A stretch of DNA of 64,000 bases from Bacilli bacterium (GTDB lineage Bacteria; Bacillota_I; Bacilli_A; RF39; UBA660), in NCBI GenBank assembly GCA_037071015.1, contig JBAMOY010000001.1, forward strand, positions 1,072,847-1,136,846. The letters run 5' to 3'. Shown in pieces: positions 52,228 through 62,556 of the stretch; the first letter of the stretch is position 1, and every line of letters begins with the position of its first letter. Under the pieces are notes generated by a model. It did no database searches. It had not been told where the DNA came from and saw nothing but the letters and a program-made list of their open reading frames with translations. The translations under genes and the position numbers were made by a program.

Positions 52228-53040
52228 ATGGTTGAAAATATCGAAAATTTATCACCAGTAGTGTTAGCTTTATTGGCAACATTGTTTACCTGGGGAGTAA
52301 CAGCTCTTGGTGCATCAGTAGTTTTCTTCTTTAAGAAAATTAATAAAACAATTATGGACGGAATGTTAGGTTTCGCTGCTGGTGTGATGATTGCTGCTTC
52401 ATTTTGGTCTCTACTTTCTCCGGCCATAGAAATGGCTGAAAATTTGAATTTAAATGCATGGTTGATAACTTTTTTAGGTTTTTTTAGTGGTGGTTTATTG
52501 TTATTTATAAGTGACAACATTTATAAATATTATATGAAAAGGCATCCTAAAAGCAAAAATGAATCTAAAGAAAATAGTTTTAAGCGTTGTTTAATGTTAA
52601 TATTTTCTATAACATTACATAATATACCAGAAGGATTGGCTGTTGGGGTAGCTTTTGGATCCTTATCATATGGGTTAACTGGTTCAACATTAGCTGCTGC
52701 ATTAGCTTTGGCCTTAGGTATAGGTTTACAAAATTTTCCGGAAGGAAGTGCCGTAAGTATTCCACTTCGTCGTGAAGGATATACACGCAGAAAAGCCTTT
52801 TTTTATGGACAAATGAGTGGCATTGTAGAGCCAATTTCTGGAGTTATAGGAGCTTTATTAGTTATGAAGGTGCAATTGCTATTACCATTTTTATTAGCAT
52901 TTGCTGCTGGAGCTATGATTTATGTTGTTGTTCAAGAGTTAATACCAGAAAGTCAAACTAATAAGCAAAAAGATGTTATGGCACTTTTTACTATAATTGG
53001 TTTTTCTATCATGATGATTATGGATGTAGCTTTAGGTTAA
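52228..53040 (+). CDS. ZIP-family divalent metal transporter (ZupT-like)
   Basis: About 270 aa. HNIPEGLAVG ZIP signature, 8 TM. AAGGGGA RBS. Confidence 0.8.
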   Translation: MVENIENLSPVVLALLATLFTWGVTALGASVVFFFKKINKTIMDGMLGFAAGVMIAASFWSLLSPAIEMAENLNLNAWLITFLGFFSGGLLLFISDNIYKYYMKRHPKSKNESKENSFKRCLMLIFSITLHNIPEGLAVGVAFGSLSYGLTGSTLAAALALALGIGLQNFPEGSAVSIPLRREGYTRRKAFFYGQMSGIVEPISGVIGALLVMKVQLLLPFLLAFAAGAMIYVVVQELIPESQTNKQKDVMALFTIIGFSIMMIMDVALG

Positions 53041-53124
53041 ATATTAGTAATATTACTAATATTTTTTATTGTATAATAAATGATATAATAGTATAATAAT
53101 TAAGTTAAAAAGGAATGTGGTATT

Positions 53125-54999
53125 ATGGATTATCAAATAATTGTTGTGGGGGGAGGTCATGCTGGATGCGAAGCAGCTTTAGCAACTGCACGAACCGGAA
53201 ATAAGACTTTATTAATTACAGGGAATATAAATAATATAGCTGATATGCCTTGTAATCCGTCAATTGGTGGAAGCGCAAAAGGCATTGTCGTTCGTGAAAT
53301 AGATGCTTTAGGCGGAGAAATGGGAATAAATGCTGATAAATCATTAATTCAAATTAAAATGTTAAATAGTGGTAAAGGTCCAGCTGTTCAATCTTTGCGT
53401 GCCCAAGCTGATAAAATAACATATCCAAAAGAAATGTTAAAAACATTACGAAAAACTAATAACTTAGATATTCTAGAAGCTATGGTAGAAGATTTAATTG
53501 TTGAAAATAATATTGTTAAAGGTGTAGTTTTAGCTAATGGTAAAATGATAAATGCTTTGGCAGTTATTTTGACAACAGGAACTTATTTAGCTGCTGACAT
53601 TTTAATTGGATCAACAAGAAGAAGAGAAGGACCACATGGAGAAAAGCCTAGTAATCATTTAAGTGACAATTTAAAAAAACTAGGTTTTAAAATAATTCGT
53701 TTAAAAACAGGTACTCCACAACGATTAGATAAAAATACTATTAATTTTGAAGAAACGAAAGAAGAAAAAGGTGATAGTGTATTTCATACATTTACTTTTG
53801 ATCACCAACCATATTACAAAATAGAAGAGCAAGTGCCATGTTACTTAATTTATACAAATGAAAAAACACATCAAATAATTAAAGATAATTTAGAAAAATC
53901 TAGTATGTATGGTGGCTTAAATGATATAACTGGCATCGGTCCTAGATATTGTCCATCAATTGAGGATAAAATTGTTCGATTTGCTGATAAAGAAAAGCAT
54001 CAATTATTTTTGGAGCCAGAGAGTTTATATTATGATGATATTTATTTACAAGGTTTTTCCACAAGTATGCCATATGATGTTCAAGAAAAAATGGTTCATA
54101 GCCTAAAAGGATTAGAAAATGCTAAAATTTTGAAATATGCCTATGCGATTGAGTATGATGCAATTTATCCAACTCAATTAAAACAAAGTTTAGAAACAAA
54201 GTTAATCGATAACTTATTTACTGCTGGTCAAATTAATGGTAGTAGTGGTTATGAAGAAGCCGCATGCCAAGGTTTGATAGCAGGAATAAATGCTAATTTA
54301 AAACTGAAAGGAAAAGAACCACTTATTTTAAAGCGTAGCGAGTCTTATATAGGAGTTTTAATTGATGATCTAGTAACAAAAGGAGTTAGAGATCCTTATC
54401 GCTTATTAACATCACGTGCCGAGTATCGTCTCTTATTAAGAAGCGATAATGCCGATATAAGACTTAGAGATTATGGTTACCAAGTTGGTTTAATAGATGA
54501 AATAAGATATAAAAAATTATTGAAAAAGAAAAAAGAAATAGATGAATTAACAGAGTTATTAAAGGTTCAAAAAATAAATCCTACTTTGAAAGTTAATGAA
54601 TATTTAAATAGCATTAATAGTTCCATGTTAAAAGATGGAATAACATTGTATAACTTGTTAAAAAGAACAGAAATAAACATGAATAATATTCAAGAATTTA
54701 TCGATATAAGTTCATATGATTTGTCAGTAAAAGAGCAAGTTGAAATAAATATAAAATATGAAGGTTATATAAAGAAATCTCTTCAGGAAGTTTCAAAAAT
54801 GGTTGATTTAGAAAACAAAATTATTCCACATGATATTGATTATAGTAAAATTCATAATTTAGCAAGCGAAGCAAAGCAAAAACTAAATGAAGTAAGACCA
54901 ACTTCAATTGGTCAAGCCTTAAGAATTAGCGGTGTAAATCCAGCTGATATTTCAATTTTAATGGTGTATCTGAAAAAGGAGTATTATTATGAACATTGA
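53125..54999 (+). CDS. mnmG: tRNA uridine 5-carboxymethylaminomethyl modification enzyme MnmG
   Basis: 624 aa. FAD-binding VVGGGHAGCEAA. Confidence 0.95.
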   Translation: MDYQIIVVGGGHAGCEAALATARTGNKTLLITGNINNIADMPCNPSIGGSAKGIVVREIDALGGEMGINADKSLIQIKMLNSGKGPAVQSLRAQADKITYPKEMLKTLRKTNNLDILEAMVEDLIVENNIVKGVVLANGKMINALAVILTTGTYLAADILIGSTRRREGPHGEKPSNHLSDNLKKLGFKIIRLKTGTPQRLDKNTINFEETKEEKGDSVFHTFTFDHQPYYKIEEQVPCYLIYTNEKTHQIIKDNLEKSSMYGGLNDITGIGPRYCPSIEDKIVRFADKEKHQLFLEPESLYYDDIYLQGFSTSMPYDVQEKMVHSLKGLENAKILKYAYAIEYDAIYPTQLKQSLETKLIDNLFTAGQINGSSGYEEAACQGLIAGINANLKLKGKEPLILKRSESYIGVLIDDLVTKGVRDPYRLLTSRAEYRLLLRSDNADIRLRDYGYQVGLIDEIRYKKLLKKKKEIDELTELLKVQKINPTLKVNEYLNSINSSMLKDGITLYNLLKRTEINMNNIQEFIDISSYDLSVKEQVEINIKYEGYIKKSLQEVSKMVDLENKIIPHDIDYSKIHNLASEAKQKLNEVRPTSIGQALRISGVNPADISILMVYLKKEYYYEH

Positions 55000-55693
55000 T
55001 GATTTTCAAAATGAATTAGCAAAGATTAATATTATTTTGTCTGATAAACAATTAAATCAATTAAATCAGTATTATAATCTTTTAGTAGAGTGGAATAGTA
55101 AAATTAATTTAACAGGAATAACTGCTCAAAAAGATGTTTATTTAAAACACTTCTTTGATAGTTTAACTATTTGTAGAGTTATAGATTTAAGTTGTGAAAG
55201 TACTTTAGCCGACATTGGTACAGGCGCTGGCTTCCCAGGACTAGTTTTAAAAATTGCTTTTCCTCAATTAAAAGTTGATTTAATTGATTCATTAGGTAAG
55301 AGAACTGTTTTTTTGCAAGATGTAATTAATAAATTAAATTTAGAGAATATAAATGTTATTAATACTAGAGCTGAAGAATATGCGTTAAGTCATCGGGAAA
55401 TGTATGATGTGGTTACAGCCCGTGCAGTGGCCCCATTAAATATGTTATTAGAATATTGTTTGCCATTAGTTAAAGTAGGTAAATATTTTATTCCTTTGAA
55501 AGCTAACTGTAATGAAGAAATTTTAAATATAAATAATACTTTGGAAAAATTAAAGGGTCAAATTATTTTAATTGATCAATTTCAGTTACCGATAGAACAT
55601 AGTAATAGAACAATTATTAAAATTGTTAAACAGAATAAAACACCTAAAAAATATCCGAGAAAATTTAGTGAAATAAAAAAGAAACCATTATAG
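54989..55693 (+). CDS. rsmG: 16S rRNA m7G527 methyltransferase RsmG
   Basis: 234 aa. DIGTGAGFPG SAM motif. Confidence 0.93.
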   Translation: MNIDDFQNELAKINIILSDKQLNQLNQYYNLLVEWNSKINLTGITAQKDVYLKHFFDSLTICRVIDLSCESTLADIGTGAGFPGLVLKIAFPQLKVDLIDSLGKRTVFLQDVINKLNLENINVINTRAEEYALSHREMYDVVTARAVAPLNMLLEYCLPLVKVGKYFIPLKANCNEEILNINNTLEKLKGQIILIDQFQLPIEHSNRTIIKIVKQNKTPKKYPRKFSEIKKKPL

Positions 55694-55725
55694 AAAGATA
55701 ATAGTAATTTATCTTTCTTTTTTTG
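55693..55725 (+). terminator. rsmG intrinsic terminator
   Basis: AGAAAGAUA-loop-UAUCUUUCU then UUUUUUU. Confidence 0.6.
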
Positions 55726-55776
55726 GGAAATAATTTGGGAAATAATTTAAAAAGCATTGAAATATTTCCCAAATGA
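55723..55776. promoter_or_regulatory. Noc-binding-site-like half-site repeats upstream of the noc-like gene
   Basis: TTTGGGAAATAA appears twice as 12-bp direct repeats (55723, 55735), plus an inverted ATATTTCCCAAAT at 55761-55773. These are the two halves of the known Noc-binding palindrome ATTTCCC-GGGAAAT. Confidence 0.35.
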
Positions 55777-55813
55777 TAGTAAAATATACATAAAGAATAA
55801 AGAGGTGATGTTA

Positions 55814-57199
55814 ATGTATAAGGATAATCAACAAGTTATTAATATAAATCTTAATGATATTTTGCCGAACCGGTTTCAACCACGTTTAAAGTTTAATGAA
55901 GACGAAATAATAAATTTATCAGAATCAATAAAAGAACACGGTGTGATTCAACCAATCGTTGTGCGTAAATTAGGTGATCGGTATGAAATAATTGCTGGTG
56001 AGCGAAGAACTAAAGCGAGTATTATGGCAGGAAAAACTACTATTCCCGCTATTGTTGTTGACTTAAATGACAACGAAAGTGCTGAAGTTGCACTAATTGA
56101 GAATGTTCAACGTCAAGATTTAACCTCGATTGAAGAGGCCATTTCTTATCGCAAAATATTAGATATGGGATATTTGACTCAATCTCAATTAGCCGAAAAA
56201 GTGGGTAAAAAACAATCAACGATTGCTAATAAATTACGCTTGTTAACATTACCTAAAAGCGTTCAAGATGCTTTATTAGAAACTAAAATATCTGAAAGGC
56301 ATGCTCGTTCATTATTGAGATTAGATGATAAGCAAAAACAAGAAGAATTATTAGATAGAATTATAAAAGAACGTTTAACAGTTCGAAGAACAGATCAAGA
56401 AATAGATAAAATTATTAATTTAGATAAGATGGAGATATTAGATATACCGCTAGTCCCAGAAACAGTAAAGAAAGAAGATGATATCGTGAATGATAAAAGG
56501 TTTGATTTTGATGATATGATAATACCAACAACAAGTATTATTGATGGTAATTTAAATATTAATAAAGCGGATAATATAACTGAAGTAACTAATTTTAATA
56601 ATTCTGAAAATATTTCTAATCCAGGATTTATGGATATCGATAAAATAGCAGATCAAGCCCAGGATATTAAAAAGGATAATGTATCATTTGATTTACAACC
56701 TGATCAAATAATTCCTTCAATTCCTGAAGAACCAAAACCGGAAGAGATTCCAATGCCTAAATTTTTTAATATTTTAAATGAAACAAAACCGGTAGAAAAA
56801 TCCGAAACAGATGAAAAATCAATAAATAATGTATCTCCTTTAAACGGATTAGATATATTTAACGTTCAGAATACACAAACAGAACCAAAAACAATACCTG
56901 AACCAGATAATATATCTGTTTCTACTGTTACAGAACAACAGCCACCTGAAATCAAAATAGATAATGCCGTAATTTCTAATGATTTAGATGATATTGCCAT
57001 AATAGATGATAACACTTTTGTCAGCGAAGAAGTTCCTCAACAAGAAACGAAAATTGAAACTCATAAGCCTCTTTTAAAAGATGCTATTGCTGAAGTAAGA
57101 AATTTATCTCATAAATTAGAGAACATGGGATATATTATTGATATTGAAGAGATAGATTTTGAAGATTTATATCAAATTATTTTTAAGATTAAAAAATAA
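55814..57199 (+). CDS. noc: ParB-family nucleoid-occlusion-like protein (Noc-like) with long acidic C-terminal extension
   Basis: Start MYKDNQQ with an AAGAGGTGA RBS (alternative ATG at 55808). LPNRFQPR, IIAGERRTKAS (ParB box) and HTH. Position after rsmG as B. subtilis noc. About 260-residue D/E/P/N-rich tail after residue 200. Confidence 0.8.
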   Translation: MYKDNQQVININLNDILPNRFQPRLKFNEDEIINLSESIKEHGVIQPIVVRKLGDRYEIIAGERRTKASIMAGKTTIPAIVVDLNDNESAEVALIENVQRQDLTSIEEAISYRKILDMGYLTQSQLAEKVGKKQSTIANKLRLLTLPKSVQDALLETKISERHARSLLRLDDKQKQEELLDRIIKERLTVRRTDQEIDKIINLDKMEILDIPLVPETVKKEDDIVNDKRFDFDDMIIPTTSIIDGNLNINKADNITEVTNFNNSENISNPGFMDIDKIADQAQDIKKDNVSFDLQPDQIIPSIPEEPKPEEIPMPKFFNILNETKPVEKSETDEKSINNVSPLNGLDIFNVQNTQTEPKTIPEPDNISVSTVTEQQPPEIKIDNAVISNDLDDIAIIDDNTFVSEEVPQQETKIETHKPLLKDAIAEVRNLSHKLENMGYIIDIEEIDFEDLYQIIFKIKK

Positions 57200-57260
57200 A
57201 TATTTTATTAATTACATAAAAATATAGTCTTAATTTAAACTTAAAATTTATAAAGTGACA

Positions 57261-57290
57261 AAACAAGGATATATATATCCTTGTTTTATA
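57261..57290 (+). terminator. terminator: 22-bp perfect palindrome
   Basis: ACAAGGATATATATATCCTTGT then TTTATATT. Confidence 0.5.
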
Positions 57291-57462
57291 TTGTTTAATG
57301 CAACCAATTAATATATAATATTTTTAAGTAGACATTTATAATTTAATTATTATACATAAGTAAACAAATTTAAAATTTAGCTGATAATTGTAAAACTATT
57401 AATTATAAAATACTAATATTTATAAATTATTTAAATAAATAAATCAAAATTAGGAGGACTAT

Positions 57463-59412
57463 ATGTTTAAGTTAATATCAAAATATCAACCAGCCGGAGA
57501 TCAACCTCAAGCTATTGAACAATTAGTGTACAATATACAACAAGGCAATAATCAACAAGTTTTATTAGGTGCAACTGGAACAGGCAAAACTTTTACGATT
57601 GCTAATGTTATCCAACAAGTTAATAAACCAACATTGGTTTTAGCTCATAATAAAACTTTAGCCGGTCAATTATATAGTGAATTAAAAGAGTTATTTCCCA
57701 ATAATCATGTTGAGTATTTTGTCTCTTACTATGATTACTATCAGCCAGAGGCTTATGTAGCTAAAACTGACACATATATAGAAAAAGATGCTGCTATTAA
57801 TGATGAAATTGATGAGCTTCGTCATTCTGCTACTTCAGCATTATTGAATTATAAAGATGTTATTGTCGTAGCTTCAGTTTCTTGTATATATGGTATTGGT
57901 GAAATTGAAGAGTACCGCAATAAAATGTTGACGTTAAACGTTAATCAAGAATTTGATCGTAATGCGATTATGGAAAAATTAGTTGAAATGTTATATGAAC
58001 GTAACAATATTGATTTAAAGAGAGGTACTTTTCGGGTGCATGGTGATGTTTTAGAAATCATTCCTATAAATCAACATACAAAAGGGCTTAGAATCGAATT
58101 TTTTGGTGATGAAATTGACCGTATTAGCGAATTTGATGTTATTACTGGTGCTATTTTGTCTGATAAAAAAACAGTGAGTATATTTCCTGCTAGTCACTTT
58201 GTTACGTCTGATGATAAATTACAAAAAGCTATAGCTAATATTCGTGTAGAATTAGAACAGCAACTTACAAAGTTTAAAAGTGATAATAAATTATTAGAAT
58301 ACCAACGATTAATGGAAAGGACCAATTATGATTTAGAAATGTTATCAGAAACTGGTTTCTGTCGTGGCATTGAAAATTATTCCCGTCATATGGCTTTAAA
58401 AAAAGCAGGAGAAACTCCAACTACCTTAATGGATTTTTTTGGCGAAGATTATTTACTTATAATTGATGAATCACATGTGACAATTCCACAGGTGCGTGGG
58501 ATGTATAATGGTGATCGTGCTCGTAAAGAAGTGTTAGTTAATTATGGCTTTCGTCTGCCTAGCGCTCTTGATAATCGACCCTTACAATTTGATGAATTTG
58601 AAAAAAAAATAAAGCAAGTTATTTATGTATCTGCGACACCAGGAGACTACGAATTAAATCATTGTCAGAATAAAATTGTTGAACAAATAATTCGACCTAC
58701 AGGATTATTAGATCCTGTTATTGAAGTCCGCCCAACTAATGGTCAAATTGATGATCTAATTAATGAAATAAATACTAGAATTGAAAACAATGAACGAGTA
58801 TTAATAACAACTCTAACCATTAGAATGGCAGAAGAATTAACTGCCTATTTGCAAAAAATGAATATTAAAGTGGCTTATCTTCACAATGAAATAAAGACAC
58901 TAGAAAGATTAGAAATAATTCATGATTTAAGAGTTGGTAAGTATGATACAGTTGTAGGTATTAATTTGCTTCGTGAAGGTATTGATATACCAGAAGTTAG
59001 TTTGATTGCTATCATGGATGCTGATAAACAGGGATTTTTACGAAGTGAACGTAGTTTAATTCAAACAATTGGTCGAGCTGCACGTAATGCCAATGGTAAA
59101 GTTATAATGTATGCAGATACAATTAGTGACGCAATGCAAAAAGCTATCGCAGAAACAGAAAGAAGACGTCAAATTCAAATTACCTATAATCAGGAACATA
59201 ATATTATTCCTAGAACGATAAAAAAGGAGATTCGTGAAATTATTTCTAATACACCAAAAAGCAATATTTCTAAAAGAAAAAAATTAAGTAAAACTGATAA
59301 AATATCATTAATGACTACTTTGGAACATGAGATGCGTCTTGCTGCTGAACAATTGGATTTTGAAAGAGCTATGCAATTACGAGATGCATTATTTGAATTA
59401 AAAAGCGAATAA
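57463..59412 (+). CDS. uvrB: excinuclease ABC subunit B
   Basis: 649 aa. [10 protein letters not shown], helicase motifs, C-terminal UvrC-interaction helix. AGGAGG RBS. Confidence 0.95.
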   Translation: MFKLISKYQPAGDQPQAIEQLVYNIQQGNNQQVLLGATGTGKTFTIANVIQQVNKPTLVLAHNKTLAGQLYSELKELFPNNHVEYFVSYYDYYQPEAYVAKTDTYIEKDAAINDEIDELRHSATSALLNYKDVIVVASVSCIYGIGEIEEYRNKMLTLNVNQEFDRNAIMEKLVEMLYERNNIDLKRGTFRVHGDVLEIIPINQHTKGLRIEFFGDEIDRISEFDVITGAILSDKKTVSIFPASHFVTSDDKLQKAIANIRVELEQQLTKFKSDNKLLEYQRLMERTNYDLEMLSETGFCRGIENYSRHMALKKAGETPTTLMDFFGEDYLLIIDESHVTIPQVRGMYNGDRARKEVLVNYGFRLPSALDNRPLQFDEFEKKIKQVIYVSATPGDYELNHCQNKIVEQIIRPTGLLDPVIEVRPTNGQIDDLINEINTRIENNERVLITTLTIRMAEELTAYLQKMNIKVAYLHNEIKTLERLEIIHDLRVGKYDTVVGINLLREGIDIPEVSLIAIMDADKQGFLRSERSLIQTIGRAARNANGKVIMYADTISDAMQKAIAETERRRQIQITYNQEHNIIPRTIKKEIREIISNTPKSNISKRKKLSKTDKISLMTTLEHEMRLAAEQLDFERAMQLRDALFELKSE

Positions 59413-59451
59413 TAATTATTCTATAAATTAAATAGACATGATATAATAGTA

Positions 59452-59883
59452 ATGGAGATGATAGGTGTGACTGAAAATAAATCCTTATTTAATGTAATTA
59501 ATAATATATTTGATTGGTTAATTCATATGATTGGATATGCACTTATTTTGATAATAATATCCTTTGTTTTTAAAAAGACAGTTTATATTGATGAAGGAAT
59601 ATTTGGCTTATGGGGGCTAATAGCTGCTATAATCATATATATTTTAAACAAAACTGTAAAACCATTAATAGTTTGGTTGACCTTGCCTATCACAGGGATT
59701 ACTTTAGGTATTTTCTATCCATTTATTAATCTTTTTGTCTTAAAGATAGTTGATTGGATTTTGTGTAGCCACTTTGCTATTAATGGCCTATGGGTTGCTT
59801 TAATTGTTGCTATCTTAATTTCTATTATGAATGTAATTATGGAGGAAGTAATAATAAATCCAATTTTTAGAAAGGCGAAATAA
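59452..59883 (+). CDS. YvlD-like membrane protein (PF04020 'phage holin 4_2' family)
   Basis: 143 aa, 4 TM. LNKTVKPLIVWLTLPITGITLGIFYPFIN resembles B. subtilis YvlD VNTLIKPVLSILSLPITILTLGLFYLVIN. Confidence 0.65.
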   Translation: MEMIGVTENKSLFNVINNIFDWLIHMIGYALILIIISFVFKKTVYIDEGIFGLWGLIAAIIIYILNKTVKPLIVWLTLPITGITLGIFYPFINLFVLKIVDWILCSHFAINGLWVALIVAILISIMNVIMEEVIINPIFRKAK

Positions 59884-59884
59884 T

Positions 59885-60685
59885 ATGAATCCGATTTTTC
59901 TAGATTTAGGTTTTATACAAATCTACTGGTATTCTATCATGATATTATTAGGTATTATATTAGGTATTTTTATTATATTAAAAGAAAGTAAAAAATTTAA
60001 GATTGAACAAGATTTTATGTTAAATCTTTTCTTTTATACCATTCCAATTGCTATTATTGGTGCTCGTATATATTTTGTTTTATTCCATCTAGATTATTAT
60101 AGTAATAATTTTATGGAAATTTTTAAAATATGGGAAGGTGGTTTAGCTATCCATGGAGCTATTCTAGCTGGTCTTATATTTATTATATATTACTGCCATA
60201 AGTATAAATATGATGTTGGACGCATTTTAGATATAGTTATTGTCGGATTAATTATTGGTCAAATTATTGGTCGTTGGGGGAATTTTTTTAATCAAGAGGC
60301 ATATGGACCAGTAACTTCATTATCTTTTTTGAAAAGTATCCATTTACCCAAGTTTATTATTGATGGAATGTATATTAATGGTGCTTATCATCATCCAACT
60401 TTCTTATATGAATCGATATGGAATTTTTTTGGTCTAGTTGTCCTATTATTATTAAGACGATGTAAGTATATAAAAGTTGGTCAATTAACATCTGTGTATT
60501 TGATTTGGTATGGTTGTGGTCGTTTCTTAATTGAAACATTGCGTCAGGACAGTTTAATGCTTGGAAGCATCAAAATAGCTCAGTTTGTTTCGTTGATTAT
60601 GGTTATCTTTGGTATGATTTTAGTAATATATTTAAATAAAAGGTCAACAAAATTTTATAATAGGGAGGAATTAGATGACAAATAA
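59885..60685 (+). CDS. lgt: prolipoprotein diacylglyceryl transferase
   Basis: 266 aa. GRWGNFFNQEAYG Lgt signature. Confidence 0.92.
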   Translation: MNPIFLDLGFIQIYWYSIMILLGIILGIFIILKESKKFKIEQDFMLNLFFYTIPIAIIGARIYFVLFHLDYYSNNFMEIFKIWEGGLAIHGAILAGLIFIIYYCHKYKYDVGRILDIVIVGLIIGQIIGRWGNFFNQEAYGPVTSLSFLKSIHLPKFIIDGMYINGAYHHPTFLYESIWNFFGLVVLLLLRRCKYIKVGQLTSVYLIWYGCGRFLIETLRQDSLMLGSIKIAQFVSLIMVIFGMILVIYLNKRSTKFYNREELDDK

Positions 60686-61589
60686 TTATGATGTTGCCAT
60701 AGTTGGATCTGGTATAGCAGGAATGACAGCTGCACTTTATTTAAAAAGATTTGGATTAAACCCGGTTATTATTGAAAAATCAGTTCCAGGAGGTCAAATC
60801 AATCGTAGCGCTTTAGTTGAAAATTATCCTGGTTTTTCAAGTATTGATGGTCCTACTTTAGCAGCTAACGTCTTTGCACAGGTTATGGAACTAGGAGTTG
60901 CTTATAAAAACGCTAAAGTAAAGCAAATAATTAGTAGTAATGATGTTAAAAAAATCATTCTAGATAGCGAAGAAATTACTGTTAAAACTGTTGTTATAGC
61001 AACCGGTCGTCACCCAAAAGAATTAGGACTTCCGAATGAAAAAACATTAACTGGCCGTGGAGTAAGTTGGTGTGCAATTTGTGATGGTTATTTTTTTAAA
61101 GATCAAGAAGTAGCTGTAGTTGGTGGTGGTGACAGTGCATTTGAGGAAACATTATTTTTATCAAAAATATGTAAACAAGTATATTTGATTCATCGACGAG
61201 ATACGTATAAAGCTAGTTCTGAACTTCAAAAAAAAGTTAGAAATTTAGAAAATGTAGAGTTTATTACTAATAGTAATATAGTAGAAATAAATGAAAAAGA
61301 TAATAAATTATCTAATATTACAGTTGAAGATAATAATAAAAATAAAACCATATTAGAAGTATCTGGCTTATTCATCTATATTGGAAGTGTTCCAGACACA
61401 CAAAGTTTCAAAAACTTAAATATTATAGATGAAAATGGATATATTATAGTTGATAAAAATTATGAAACCAATATGAGAGGAATATACGCTTGTGGCGATG
61501 TTATAAAAAAAGATTTGTATCAGTTGACAACTGCTATAGGTGAAGCTTCTCAAGTTGCTTATAATTTAAAGAAATCTTATTTTAGTTAA
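60675..61589 (+). CDS. trxB: thioredoxin-disulfide reductase
   Basis: 304 aa. CAICDG redox CxxC, two dinucleotide-binding motifs. Confidence 0.9.
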   Translation: MTNNYDVAIVGSGIAGMTAALYLKRFGLNPVIIEKSVPGGQINRSALVENYPGFSSIDGPTLAANVFAQVMELGVAYKNAKVKQIISSNDVKKIILDSEEITVKTVVIATGRHPKELGLPNEKTLTGRGVSWCAICDGYFFKDQEVAVVGGGDSAFEETLFLSKICKQVYLIHRRDTYKASSELQKKVRNLENVEFITNSNIVEINEKDNKLSNITVEDNNKNKTILEVSGLFIYIGSVPDTQSFKNLNIIDENGYIIVDKNYETNMRGIYACGDVIKKDLYQLTTAIGEASQVAYNLKKSYFS

Positions 61590-61600
61590 AGAGTGATAAT

Positions 61601-62545
61601 ATGAATAAAAAAGTCGTAATTTTAGGTGGCGGAACTGGTTTGTCTACCTTGCTTAGAGGTTTAAAAAAGTTTCCACTAGATATAACAGCTATTGTATCAG
61701 TGTGTGATGATGGACGTAGTACAGGTCGCTTACGTGAAGAGTTCAATGTTCCAGCTGTTGGTGATATTAGAAAAGTTTTAGTATCATTATCAGAAACAGA
61801 ACCATTAATTGAAAAATTGTTGAATTATCGTTTTAATACTACTAGTGATTTAAATGGACATACAGTCGGCAATTTATTGTTAACTGCTTTATCAGATATT
61901 TCAGGTAATATATCTGACGGAATTGAGACACTAGGAAAAGTATTCAATTTGAAGGGGAAGGTTCTTCCACTAACAGAAGATTACGTAACACTAATGGGTA
62001 AAATGGAAGATGATAGTATAATTCAAGGTGAGCATAATATTACTGAGGTTCCAAAAAAAATAATTGATGTTTTTTATAAAGAAACGCCGACAATCAATCC
62101 AAAAGCAATTCAGGCGATTCAAGAAGCTGATTTAATAATTTTAAGCATGGGCAGTATTTTTACTAGTATTATTCCTAATTTGATATGTCCTGAAATAATT
62201 GAAGCGATAGATAATAGTAAAGCATCTATTATGTATACTTGTAATATGATGACACAACCAGGCGAAACTGACAATTTTAAAGCAAGTGATCATATAAAAT
62301 TACTTAATAACTATCTTGGAAAACGAAAAATTGATGTAATTATTTCTAATAATGGTCCTATTAGTAAGAGTTATCGCGATAAGTATGCTACTTTAGAACA
62401 AAAAGAAGCTGTCATTTTTGATAAACGTGAATTGCAAAAATTAGGATTAAAAGTAATTGCCTCTAATTTTGTTATTGTTGAAGATGACGTTTTACGTCAT
62501 AATTCTATTAAATTAAGCTCGTATATATTTTCATATACGTTGTAG
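61601..62545 (+). CDS. yvcK: gluconeogenesis factor YvcK (CofD/UPF0052 family)
   Basis: 314 aa. VVILGGGTGLSTLLRGLK start. Followed by whiA as in the yvcJ-yvcK-whiA cluster. Confidence 0.88.
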   Translation: MNKKVVILGGGTGLSTLLRGLKKFPLDITAIVSVCDDGRSTGRLREEFNVPAVGDIRKVLVSLSETEPLIEKLLNYRFNTTSDLNGHTVGNLLLTALSDISGNISDGIETLGKVFNLKGKVLPLTEDYVTLMGKMEDDSIIQGEHNITEVPKKIIDVFYKETPTINPKAIQAIQEADLIILSMGSIFTSIIPNLICPEIIEAIDNSKASIMYTCNMMTQPGETDNFKASDHIKLLNNYLGKRKIDVIISNNGPISKSYRDKYATLEQKEAVIFDKRELQKLGLKVIASNFVIVEDDVLRHNSIKLSSYIFSYTL

Positions 62546-62556
62546 TTATAAATTAC

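Noticed and set aside
52197-52834. Minus-strand ORFs 52197-52520 and 52607-52834
   Set aside because: They are antisense within the ZIP transporter gene and have no RBS.
53044-53059. Zur box downstream of the ZIP gene
   Set aside because: The palindrome is 8-0-8 (TTAGTAATATTACTAA), not the 9-1-9 TCGTAATnATTACGA Zur consensus. It lies after the gene rather than upstream. It is more likely a weak terminator or an mnmG promoter element.
57200-57462. LexA (Cheo) box upstream of uvrB
   Set aside because: No GAAC-N4-GTTC motif is present. The only palindrome (57263-57284) is a terminator-like hairpin followed by a T tract.
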